From Centroscyllium fabricii (lineage: Eukaryota): a stretch of DNA of 64,000 nt. This document shows positions 50,082-62,000 of the stretch, one piece after another. The stretch lies in NCBI GenBank assembly GCA_051313645.2, contig JBNRSN020000018.1, forward strand, positions 54,870,001 to 54,934,000, given 5' to 3'. Below the pieces are notes generated by a model. That model was not told where the DNA came from, did no database searches, and was given only the letters and a program-made list of their open reading frames with translations. A program made the translations under genes and the position numbers. How positions within the stretch are numbered: position 1 is the first letter of the stretch; every line of letters begins with the position of its first letter.

Positions 50082-51085
50082 TATAGAATCATAGAAATTT
50101 ATGGCACAGAAGGAGGCCATTCAGCCTAATCCCCCTTTCCAGCTTTTGGTCCGTAGCCTTGTAGGTTACAACACTTCAAGTGTATATCCAAGTACTTCTT
50201 AAATGTGAGGAGGGGTTTCTGCCTCTGCCACCCTTTCAGGCAGTGAGTTCCAGACCCTCCACCACCCTCTGGGTGAAACAGGTTCTCAACTCCCCTCTAA
50301 TCTTTCTACCAATTACTTTAAATCTATGCCCCCTGGTTATTGACCCTTCTGCTAAGGGAAGTATGTCCTTCCTACCCACTCTATTTAGGCTCCTCAATTT
50401 TATACACCTCAATTAAATCTCGCCTCAGCCTCAATTCCAAAGAAAACAAACCCAGCCTATCCAATCTTTCCACATAGCTAAAATTCTCCAGTCCAGGCAA
50501 CACAGTCATAAATCTCCTCTGTACCCTCTCTAGCGCAATTACATCTTTTCTGTAATGTGGTGACCAGAACTGTACGCAGTACTCCAAGCTGTAGCCTAAC
50601 TAGTGTTTTATACAGTTCAAACATAAACTCCCTGCTCTTATATCCTATGCCTCGGCTAATAAAGGAAAGTATCCCGTATGCCTTCTTAACCACGTTATCT
50701 AACTGTCCTGCTACTTTCAAGGATCTGTGGACGTGCACTCCAAGGTCCCTCTGTTTCTCTACAACTCTCAGTGTCTTACCATTTATTGTGTATTCCCTTT
50801 CCTTGTTAGCCCTCCCCAAATGCATTACCTCACACTTCTCCAGATTGAATTCCATTTTGCCACTTTTCTGCCCACCTGACCAATCCATTGATAATCTTCC
50901 TGCAGTCGACAGCTTTCTTCCTCACTATCAACCACACAACCAATTTTGAATCATCTGCAAACTTCTTAAATCATGATGTGGAGGTGCCGGTGGTGGACTG
51001 GGGGGGATTTAAAATAAAACTGTTGGACTATAACCTGGTGTTGTGTGACTTCTTGCATTCTTAAATCATGCCCTCTACATTAAAA
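50082..51085 (-). mobile_element. CR1 LINE 3' portion
   Basis: KCEVMHLG, EYCVQFWSPHY and the 3' tail; contains the small insertion at 50976-51057. Confidence 0.88.
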
Positions 51086-51504
51086 TCCAATTCTCAATGA
51101 TACTTTGTTGGTAGGGCTCCAGTCCAACTATCAGGGGCGCCTCGGGCTTCACCATTCAGGCGCAGGGGTCGAACCCTGCGACCACCAATAAGCGCACCCA
51201 AATTTCTGGGCCAATGTGTTCATCTTAACTACACAATCAGACAAGACCCTTATAAATAGAAAAACTGATACTTTGTTGAATGACAAACATTTATTTTCAC
51301 TAATAACCAAATATACTTGACATTCAAAATTCTTTTTGGTTACATTTTGCAACACAGCTGGCTCAAAATATTTGAATTTTGCAAAAAAAGTGTTTTTCCA
51401 TTCTCCTGCACTTCCAACAATTTGCCTGATAGAAAAACAGGCTCAGTGAATTGAGATGACCAGTGCGCATGCTCAAGTCTAGGTAGGTTAGCTCCTATGT
51501 CATA

Positions 51505-51875
51505 CAGATCCGGCACCGTTAATCCGGACACCGTTAATCTGGAAACTTCAGTCGTCCAGAACGAATCCGGCTGACTGGTCTGCGCATGCGCAAAATGGCC
51601 ACGGCACTTGGCTGTGCATGCCCGGGCCTCTCCCCGACTGCCCTGCGCATGCGCAAAATGGCCACCGCGATTGGCTGTGCATGCCTGGGCCTCTCCCCGA
51701 ATGGTTGATGCTTCGGTGTGCGCATGTGCAGACCATCCAAAATGGTCGCCTGCCTTTGCGGCAGCCATTTTGAATGGTCTGCGCATGCGCTCGCTGAAGC
51801 TTCAATCGTTCGGATTTTTCACTAATCCGGCACCGGCGGGACCAAGCCAGTGCCGGGTTAACGGTATCGGACCTG
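51505..51875. mobile_element. Tc1/mariner-type MITE
   Basis: Imperfect 23-bp TIRs CAGATCCGGCACCGTTAATCCGG / CCGGGTTAACGGTATCGGACCTG flanked by TA; internal repeats with GCGCATGCGC and AAAATGGC. Confidence 0.8.
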
Positions 51876-52897
51876 TACTGTATAAAGATACATTTCAGTA
51901 ACAGACTTAGCCCTGATACCAAACTTGTGATTGAGGTGCATTTTCTTAGTATTTCAGCTAATCGCACCTCTCTCCCCCTAACTCAGCAGGATGCTTATTA
52001 ATTGGTCAGCAGATATATTCTTCTCCTTCTCACTATCCCACTCACAGTATCAGATCACTATTAGCTGCACTTTTTTGAGATTAGAATCAGTCTACGACAT
52101 GGCTATCAATGTTGTTCCATGAGCTGTCAACAGAGGTGTCAGGACAGATGTGTGTACGTGTCTCTTCTGGCCCCCATGCTCTCCCACACACAGACAGGAG
52201 ATTCTAATATCAAGTGCTTTCAAGACTAGGATTTCAATCTATAATCCGCTGAAAAGGAGTCTGCATCCTGTTAGCAAATCAATTACCCCTCACCAGTCCA
52301 AATTTTTATTTAGGACTGCAGTCTAGAAGTGTGATTAGTATTCTTTAAAACTAGCGTTACATTGTGCCAGCAAGGTCAATGAAGATATTTGTACAACTTG
52401 GACCCACGTGAAAGGAAGCACACAGAGACATGTTGAACGTGTTTATACGTCTTTAAACAGGATATCCCTTTATCACATTTTGTATTGCATTATTCAACTC
52501 CTGGAAAAATAACCTAATGTGCAAAGTGGAACAAAGAGTGTCAGATGATTTATTAAGATCACCTCTTAACCCAAACATGTGGAATTAGAAAGCTACATCA
52601 GGTTTGTCATTCAACAAAGTATCAGTTTTGCTATTCACAAGGGTCTTGTGGTCGGATTGTGTAGTTAAGATGAACACATTGGCTCAGAAATTCAGGCGCG
52701 CCTACTGGTGGTTGCAGGGTTCGACCCCTGCGCCTCAAATGGTGAAGCCCGAGTCGCTCCCGATATTTGGACTCGAGCCTCAGTTCCATGGAGTCGGTGA
52801 GCGGTGCGGAGCTGCCAACGAAGTATAATTGAGAACTGGGCCGCTGCACTGCAAGTGAGGAAGGGTGGGCAATCAGGACGGGAGGTAGTAAGTGAGG

Positions 52898-54035
52898 AAC
52901 ATAAAACATACATAGAACATAGAACATACAGCACTGTACAGGCCCTTGGGCCCTCAATGTAGTGCCGCCTTTAGTCCGTCTCTGATTTTTCTTGTCCCCC
53001 CTACTCTTCCTTCCCCTCCATGTACCTGTCTATCATCCTTTTAAAAGCACCCAGACTGTCCACATCCACTATTTCAGATGGTAGCCTATTCCATTCCCCG
53101 ACCACTCTCTGCGTAAAGAACTTGCCCCTGCCATCCCTTCTGAATCTTCCTCCTTGAATCTTGTGCTCATGCCCTCTTGTTGTCGTTCGTCCCACCCGGG
53201 GAAACAGTCTCTGCACGTTTACTCTATCGATCCCCGTCATCATTTTAAACATCTCTATTAAGTCCCCCCTCTTCCTTCTCCGTTCCAGGGAGAAGAGTCC
53301 CAGCTCCCTTAACCGCTCCTCGTATGACTTTCCCCCCATTCCTGGCAGCATCCTGGTGAATCTCCTCTGCACCCTCTCCAGCGCCTCCACATCTCTCCTG
53401 TAGTACGGTGCCCAGAACTGCACACAGTACTCCAAGTGTGGTCTCACCAGTGACCTGTACAGCTGTAGCATGACCTCCCGGTTCTTAAACTCTATTCCCC
53501 TGTTGAAGGCGGCCAATACACCATAGGCCTTTTTTACTGCCTTGTCCACCTGGGTGGCAGCCTTCAATGATCTGTGTACATATACTCCCAGATCCCTTTG
53601 CTCCTCTGCTTCACTCAGGACCCTGCCGTTGACCCTATATTCCCTCTTCCTATTTGCCCTACCGAAGTGCATCACCTCGCATTTCCCCGTGTTGAACTCC
53701 ATATGCCATTCTTCGGCCCAGCTCTGCATCCTATCTATATCCCTCTGAATCTTTCTACTTCCTTCCTCCTCATCCACTTCTCCCCCAATATTTGTGTCAT
53801 CCGCAAATTTGCTGACCCACCCCTCAGTCCCCTCCTCCAAGTCATTGATGAAGATTACAAACAGTAGTGGCCCCAACACCGACCCCTGTGGTACCCCACT
53901 GGTGACCGGTCTCCAGCCCGAGTATTGGCCCTCTACCACTACCCTCTGCTTCCTCTGAGCCAGCCAGTTCTCAATCCATCCCACCACTTTGTTGTTTACC
54001 CCGCAACTCCTTACTTTCTTCATGAGTCGACCGTG
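52898..54035 (-). mobile_element. 5'-truncated, relatively young CR1 LINE
   Basis: Open frame 53001-54035 (SGVPQGSVLGPLLF, KFADD, FFTQRVV) and (TATGTTC)n tail. Confidence 0.93.
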
Positions 54036-54453
54036 CCACTGCATTACCACTGTACTGTATATACTGTGTGATAAGCTCACTGCATGTAACCTGTCTGGAC
54101 ATGCCCTCTGCTGGCCCCACCTGTGGCTCCTCCCCCGGACCCAGGTATAAAGGTGTCTGGTCCAAGGCTGAACGGGGGTTGGGGACCAGTCACTCAGCAG
54201 AAAGGCATGCTTCCTTTTTAGTGAATAAAAGCCTATCTGTTCTTCGCTTAACTTCTAGTGTGGAGTTATTGATAGTGTATCAATTCTATTCACTAAATGT
54301 TGTACCATGGAGCAAATCCTGAAACCCGCATTGCTCGAACTGGATCCGCAATCGCCAGAGGCTTCGTACACCTTCGAACACTGGCTGAGCTGTTTTGAAG
54401 CTTTTCTCCAAGCATCCAGCACGACCGTCCGGACAGACGCCGAAAAACTGCAG
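54036..54453 (+). mobile_element. Gypsy fragment I (YLDN-lineage type): partial 5' LTR plus gag start
   Basis: TATAAA and GTGAATAAAAGCC; LTR ends TATCA at 54282; gag MEQILKPALLELDPQSPEAS from 54307, truncated at 54453. Confidence 0.85.
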
Positions 54454-56085
54454 GACCCCGTTCTCCACCACGCATCCGAGGATAGTGAGCCGATCCGTAC
54501 TCAAGACACACTTGTCTTTATTGTACGTGAGATCCAGCTGTTTCGCCGTGTGCAGGAACTTGGCGAGGTTGGCATCGTGGTCCTGCTGGTCATGGCCGCA
54601 GATGGTCACGTTGTCCAGGTAGGGGAAGGTGGCCTGCAACCCGTTCTGGTCAACCATACGGTCCATCTCCCTCTGGAACACCGACACTCCGTTAGTCACG
54701 CCGAAGGGAGCCGGCCGTTCGCCTCGAAGGCGGTGTACTGGCGGTCGGATTTCCGGATGGGGAGTTGATGATACGCCGACTTAAGGTCGATTGTGGAAAA
54801 GACCTTGTACTGGGCGATCTGGTTTACCATATCCGAGCTGCGGGGGAGGGGGTAGGCGTCGAGCCCGGTGTAGCGGTTAATCGTCTGGCTATAGTCAATG
54901 ACCATGCGCAGTTTCTCGCCCGTCTTAACCACTACAACCTGGGCCCGCCAAGGGCTGGTGCTGGCCTCAATGATCCCTTCTTGCAGCATACGCCTGACTT
55001 CCGACCTGATAAACGCCCGGTCCTCTGCACTAACGCCAACTTTTAGTAGCAATGGGCTTGCATTTGGGGTCGCGATTGGCGAACAGTGAGGAGGGGTCGA
55101 CTTTTAATGTGGACAGGCCGCAAGTCGAGCTCCGCTTTAAGTAGGGATTGTCCCGGCTACTGACGGTGAGGGGTGCCAGGGTTCCACCGAAATCCATCGT
55201 CACGCTCTTTAGCTGACACTGGAAATCCAGTCCCAGTAAGACTGGGGCGCACAACTGCTGGAGGATGTACAACTTAAAAGTTGCGGTAAATGCAGTCCCT
55301 GATCGTGAGCGTGACGCTGCAGTAGCCGGTGACGTCCACCGTGTAGGACTTTGAGGCAAGGGAGATTTGGTAGTGCGTGGGCTGGGTCCACAGTGCGTAG
55401 CGCCGCACTGTGTCGGGGTGTATAAAGCTCTCTGTGCTACCGGTGTCGAACAGGCAATTAGTGACGTGCCCGTCCACCTTAATCCCCATCATGGAGTTGG
55501 ACAAGGTGTGCGGCCTAGCCTGATCGACAGTGGCTGAGGCCGAGGTGTATGTGTGCGAATGGGGGCCCTGCGCTAGCTGGGGCCCCGGCCGGGGCAGTTG
55601 GCAAGATGGCTGCTCGTAAGATGGCGGCGCTGGCAATGCGCTCGAGTCTGGCTGCTGTGGATAAGATGGCGGCGCCCGTGGTTCGCACGCGGCTGACCGC
55701 GGTGGATAAGATGGCGGCGCCCATGGTTCACACGCGGCGGACCGCAGTGGACAAGATGGCGGCACCCGTGGTTCGCACACGGCCGACCGCGGTGGACAAG
55801 ATGGCGGCGCCCGTGGTTCGCACGCGGCGGACCGCGGTGGACAAGATGGTGGAGCCAGGGGTCGCACATGGCCGACCGCTGAGGATAAGATGCCGGCGCC
55901 CGTGGTTCGCACGCGGCGGACCGCGGTGGACAAGATGGCGGCGCCAGGGGGTCGTATATGGCCGGCCGCTGTCGCGTTTGGAGTGTCGGCGCCCATGCCG
56001 CGCGCGCGGCCGGCCTCCGCCTTACAATTGAGGCGCCCGCGATTTACCCCTGGCTGACCGCTGCTGGGTCGCGCTGCAACACCGT
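54454..56085 (-). mobile_element. Gypsy fragment F (YLDN lineage, C-like): linker, protease and RT; interrupted by copy G
   Basis: LFDTGS, FPYLDNVTICG, 45-bp repeats at about 55600-55950. Confidence 0.9.
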
Positions 56086-59000
56086 TGTGACCGAAATAAC
56101 GCCCTCATGGACGAGTAGTTAAGAGGGTGAAACAATTCGGCTTTTATTCACTAAAGGTGGACATGCACCAGCTAGTCGACCGTCCCCAAGAATGGCAGGG
56201 GGAAGGGAGACGGCCGCTTATGTACCTGGTCCCGGGAGGGAGGAGTCGCAGGCAGGGCCAGCATGGGCAAGTCCAGGTAATCGTACACAGTGAACTATAA
56301 TACAACATGGTGAATAGTACGATTACAACGATACATATATATACACACATAAAAAAGAGTGGTTTACCACATTCACCCCTTCTTTAAAACGGAAGTCCGG
56401 CAGGGTGAATGCGACAGTTCTTTTAATTTACAGGTTCAGTCTTTCAGGCGGCCTGGTAAGCCTGGTGGAACGGCGCACCGCTGGTGGTGTCGGCGGGCGT
56501 GCAATAGTCGGTTGCGTTGGTCGCACCGCTGGTGATGGTGTCGGTGGGCGTACGATAGCCGGTTGAGTTGGTTGGTTCCTCGTCGGTGCCCTTGCGGTGA
56601 CGGTTGGCGGCGCGCTCTCTCCCTCGTCGTCGGACTCGCGGGGGGGTGTGCTAGGGAGCTATGCTGGAGGCCATGCCGTGCTGCCTACAGGTGCCGGGCG
56701 GACGTACCGTGGTGCCTGATTCTCGTGCCGGGGAGCGTACCTTAGTGCCGGTGGGGTAGCTGGCAGGCGCTGGGGCGCGGGCCGCTGGGTGGGGCTGGTT
56801 TTGGGGGCCCCCGGTGGTGCCAAGTCCTTGATGGACACGGTGTCCTCCCTCCCGTCGGGGTACGCCACGTAGGCGTACTGGGGATTGGCGTGCAGGAGGT
56901 GGACCCGTTCGACCAGGTGGTCTGCCTTGTGGCCCCTCACGTGCTTCTGGAGTAGGACTGGTCCCGGGATGATAGCCACGATGGCAGCGAGGTCCCGGAA
57001 GCCGACTTCCTGGGGAAGGCAAAAAGTCGCTCGTGAGGGGTGGCATTAGTGGCCGTACAAAGGAGTGACCGGATGGAGTGGTGCGCTTCGGGGAGGATGT
57101 CCTGCCAGCGGGAGACTGGGAGGCCTTTAGACCGTAGGGCTAACAGGATGGCCTTCCAGACAGTGGCGTTCTCCCTCTCTACCTGTCCGTTCCACCGGGG
57201 GTTGTAGCTGGTAGTCCCGCTAGTAGCAATGCCTTTGGCTAGCAGAAACTGACGCAGCTCGTCACTCATGAAAGAGGCCCCCCGGTCGCTATGGATGTAG
57301 CTGGGGTAGCCGAACAGGGTGAAAATGCTGTGGAGGGCCTTGATGACTGTGGCAGAGGTCATGTCCGGGCAGGGGATGGCAAAGGGGAAGCTCGAGTACT
57401 CGTCGATGACGTTAAGGAAGTACACGTTCCTGTTGGCCGAGGGAAGGGGCCCTTTAAAATCGACGCTGAGTCGTTCAAAGGGGCGGGTGGCCTTGATCAG
57501 ATGCACCCGGTCTGGCCGAAAGAAGTGCGGCTTGCACTCCGCACAGACCTGGCAGTTGCTGGTCATGGTCTTGACCTCCTCGATGGAGTAGGGGAGGTTG
57601 CGGGACTTCACAAAGTGAACCAACCTGGTGACCCCCGGGTGGCAGAGGTCGTTGTGCAGGGTTTGGAGACGGTCTACTTGTGCGCTGGCACATGTACCGC
57701 GTGATAGGGCGTCTGGGCGTCTGGGGGTTCGTTGAATTTCCCGGGCCGGTGCAAGATATCATAATTGAAAGCGGAGAGCTCAATTCTCCACCTTAATATC
57801 TTGTCGTTCTTGATTTTACCCCGTGACGTATCGTCAATTCTCTTAATAAAAGACTTCGACGAGTAGTTACCTTAAACTACAGGCTTTTATTAACTAACTT
57901 TGGAGCTACACTCCGAACGAACATCCAGAACAGAATGAGGGAGCCTGGTCAGTCCCCACCTATAAAGGGCCTCACCTGGGGGAGGAGTTAGAGGTGTGGC
58001 TGACCTGGCTCCACGACAGTGTTGTAAACAGTGTGACAATATTGCAGTGGTAAGCTATACAATACGGTTACCACATTCACCCCTTCTTGAAAATTTAAGT
58101 CCGGCAGGGTGAATGGACAGAGCAGTTCATTATAAGCTTGTCCGGCGGTCGTGTCCATCTGGAGGCCCGCCGGGGCTCTGGTGAAAGTTACTTATCTTCC
58201 GTTCCGTTCGGGTCCGGTGGTGGTGACAGTGGCGTTGGTGGTGACAGTGGCGTTGGTGCCGAAATTTCAGATGCTGGTGGTCTCAGGTGCTCCGAGCCAT
58301 CGGAATGGTGGTCTTGGGCTGGCCACGGCTGGGGCTCTGGATACCTCGGAGGCCACTGTAGATGCAGGGGGTGTTCCAAGTACTGTGGCTGGGCGGGCTG
58401 CTGCCCGACCAGGGGCTCTGCTGTGGTGCTCCCGGCGGGAGCCAGGTCCCTGATGGAGACGGTGTCCTCGCACCCGTCCGGGAACTGCACGTAGGCATAT
58501 TGAGGATTCGCATGCAGGAGCTGCACCTTGTCCACCAGGGTGTCGGTCTTGTGGCCACGGACGTCTCTTCTAAGGAAGACCGGCCCCGGTGTCGTGAGCC
58601 ATGGAGGAAGAGCTGTCCCCGAAGTCGACTTCCTGGGAAAGGAAAAAATCAAGTCATGAGGGGTGGCGTTAGTGGCCGTACACAGTAGAGAGCGTATCGA
58701 ATGCAGCGCGTCTGGGAGGACTGCCTGCCAATGGGCCACTGGAAGGCCTCTGGACTTCATAGCCAGGGTGACCGCCTTCCAGATGGTCCCATTCTCCCTT
58801 TCTACCTGGCCGTTCCACCGGGGGTTATAACTGGTCGTTCTGCTCGTGGCAACCCCTTTCTGGAGCAGAAAGTGACGCAGTTCATCGCTCATGATCGATG
58901 ACCCCCGGTCACTAAGGATGTAGCTGGGGAGACCGAAAATGGCGAACAGCGTGGTGAAGTGTTTGATCACCGTTGCGCTAGTCATATCTGCGCAGGGGAA

Positions 59001-62000
59001 GGCGAAGGGGAAGAGGGAGAACTGATCTACGACCGTGAGGAAGTATGAGTTGCGGTCGGTGGTGGGGAGGGGGCCTTTGAAGTCCACGCTTAGACGTTCA
59101 AAGGGGCGGGTGGCCTTAATGAGGTGCACAGTGTCTGGCCGGAAAAATTGGGGTTTGCACTCGGCGCAAACAGGGCACTCTCGGGTCATAGCCTTGATCT
59201 CCGTGATGGAGTAGGGGAGGCTACGGGATCTAACAAAGTGGGCGAGTCTGGTGACACCCGGGTGGCAAAGGCGGTCGTGGAGATCCTTCAGCTGGTCTAG
59301 CTGGGCACTGGCGCACGTTCCCCTGGACAGTGCGTCCGGGGGTTCATAGAGTTTACCTGGTCGGTAAAGAATGTCATACTCGTAAGTCAAGAGTTCGATC
59401 CGCCACCGCAGGATCTTATCATTCTTGATCTTACCCTTCTGTTTATTATTAAACATAAACGCCACCGACCGTTGGTCGGTGAGAAGGGTAAAACGCTTAC
59501 CGGCCAGGTAATGACGCCAGTAGCGCACGGCCTCCACGATGGCCTGGGCCTCCTTTTCCACTGCGGAGTGGCGAGTTTCGGGTCCCTGTAAGGTGCGGGA
59601 GAAAAACGCCACGGGCCTGCCTGCCTGATTCAGGGTGGCAGCAAGGGCAAAGTCCAAAGCGTCGCTCTCCACCTGGAAGGGAATGGATTCATCAACAGCG
59701 TGCATGGTCGCTTTGATGATGTCTTCCTTTATCCGGGCGAATGCCGTTTGGGCTTCTACCGAGAGGGGGAAGACGGCAGCCTTGAGGAGTGGTCTAGCCT
59801 TGTCCGCGAACTGTGGGACCCATTGTGTGTAGTAGGAGAAAAATCCTAGGCATCTCCTCAAGGCTTTGGGGTTGTGAGGTAGGGGCAGTTCTTGTAGGGG
59901 GCAGTTCTTGCAGGGGGCGCATACGCTGTGGGTCGGGGCCGAGGACCCCGTTCTCCACCACGTATCCGAGGATGGCGAGCCGGTCTGTATTAAAGACACA
60001 TTTGTCCTTGTTATACGTAAGGTCCAGCTTATTCGCCGTATCAAGGAATTTGGCCAGATTGGCATCGTGGTCCTGCTGGTCATGGCCGCAGATGGTCACG
60101 TTGTCCAGGTAAGGGAAGGTGGCCCGCAACTCGTTCTGGTCAACCATGCGGTCCATCTCCCGTTGGAACACTGACACTCCGTTGGTCACGCTGAAGGGGA
60201 CCCGGAGGAAGTGGTAGAGCCAACCGTTCGCCTCGAAGGCGGTGTACGGGCGGTCGGCTTTCCGGATCGGGAGTTGGTGATACGCCGACTTAAGGTCGAT
60301 CGTGGAGAACACCTTATATTGGGCGATCTGGTTGACCATGTCCGAGATGCGGAGGAGGGGGGAGGCGTCGAGCCTGGTGTAGCGGTTGATAGTCTGGCTG
60401 TAATCGATAACCAGCTGCTGTTTCTCGCCAGACTTCACCACTACAACCTGGGCCCGCCAGGGGCTGTTGCTGGCTTCAATTATCCCCTCCTTCAGCATAC
60501 GCCCGACCTCCGACCTGATAAACGTGCGATCCCCCACACTGTACCGCCGACTCTTTGTAGCAATAGGTTTGCAGTTGGGGTCGAGGTTGGCGAACAGTGA
60601 GGGGGGGTCGATTTTCAGGGTGGAGGCGCCGCAGGCCGGGCTCCGCTTTGGGAAGGGACTGTCCCGGCTACTGACGGTGAGGGGGGGGCAAGGTCCCGCC
60701 GAACTCCATTGTCACGCTCTTGAGGTGGCACTGGAAATCCAGACCTAGTAAGGCTGGGGCACACAACTGCTTGAGGGTGTACAACTTAAAGTTACAGTAC
60801 ACACAACCCTTGACTGTGAGCGTGACGGAGCAGTAGCCGGTGACGTCCGCGGTGTGGGACTGTGAAGCAAGGGAGACTTGGTAGCGCGTGGGCAGGATCT
60901 GCAGTCCGCAGCGCTGCAGTGTATCAGGGTGAACAAAGCTCTCTGTGCTTCCAGTGTCGAACAGGCAATTGGTAACATGGCCGTTGATTTTGATCGGCAT
61001 GATCGAGTTTGAGAGGTTGTGTGGCCTAGCTTGGTCCACTTTGGGTATGGCTGAGGCCGAAGTGTGCCTTTGTGTGTGGGGGCCCCCTGCTAGTTGGGGC
61101 TGTACACAAGATGGCGGCGCCTATGGCTCGCACATGGAGGCGCGCTGGAGACAAGATGGCGGCGCCGGGGGGTCGCACATGGCGGGCCGCTGGAGACAAG
61201 ATGGCGGCGCTGAGGGGTCGCACATGGTTGGCCGCTGGAGACAAAATGGCGGCGCCCGTGGTTCGCACGCGGCTGACCGCTGTGAGTGCGTTGGCGGCGC
61301 CCGTGGTTCACACGCAGCGGGCCGCGGTGGCTGGGTTGGCGGTGCCCTTGGTTCGCACGCAGCGAGCCGCGGTGGTTGGGTTGGCGGCGCCCGTGGTTCG
61401 CACGCAGCGGGCCGCGCTGGGTGTGCTGCTGCTGCTGGCGTTGGGGAGTCGCGCATGGCCGGCCGTGGCTGAGCTTGGCGTGCCGTGGGTGCAGCCGGCC
61501 TTTGCCGCATCAGGGTGGGAGATGGGGCCGCTTTTCTTCTACCCCCGGACCGTCGCTGGATCGCGCTGCTGTTGCAGCTTACCGGAGTCCTGGCGGAGCT
61601 TTCACAGGCTGCGCTGTTGTACCTGGAGTTGGGCGCTGCTGGTGCTGATCTGAAGGCCTTCGCGTAGTGTCCCATTTTGGAGCACCTCTCACAGGTCGCG
61701 GTCCTCGCTGGGCATCTCGCTCGTGGGTGCAGTCCCTGGCCGCAGAAGTAGCACCGTTTGTCTGCCTTTGCAGCTGTCACAGCCATCGTGGGGGTCTCGA
61801 CTCGTTGTGGTGCTGCCCAGGCCTGGGCCCGTTGTGGCGCGGCCCACATGTCGTAGACCTGCGGGTTTGTGCCGCTGTACGCCTGCAGCTTGTTGCGCGC
61901 CCCTTCTACAGAGTTCGATATAGAAATCGCCTCTTCTAAAGTCAGAGTCCTTTTCCAGCAGCCGCTGGCGGGCTTCAACACACCTTAGGCCCATTACGTA

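Noticed and set aside
55274-56031. Overlapping ORFs in many frames (KMAAPVVRT.., MRTTGAAIL..)
   Set aside because: By-product of the stop-free GC-rich 45-bp repeat; only the Gag-Pol frame is credible.
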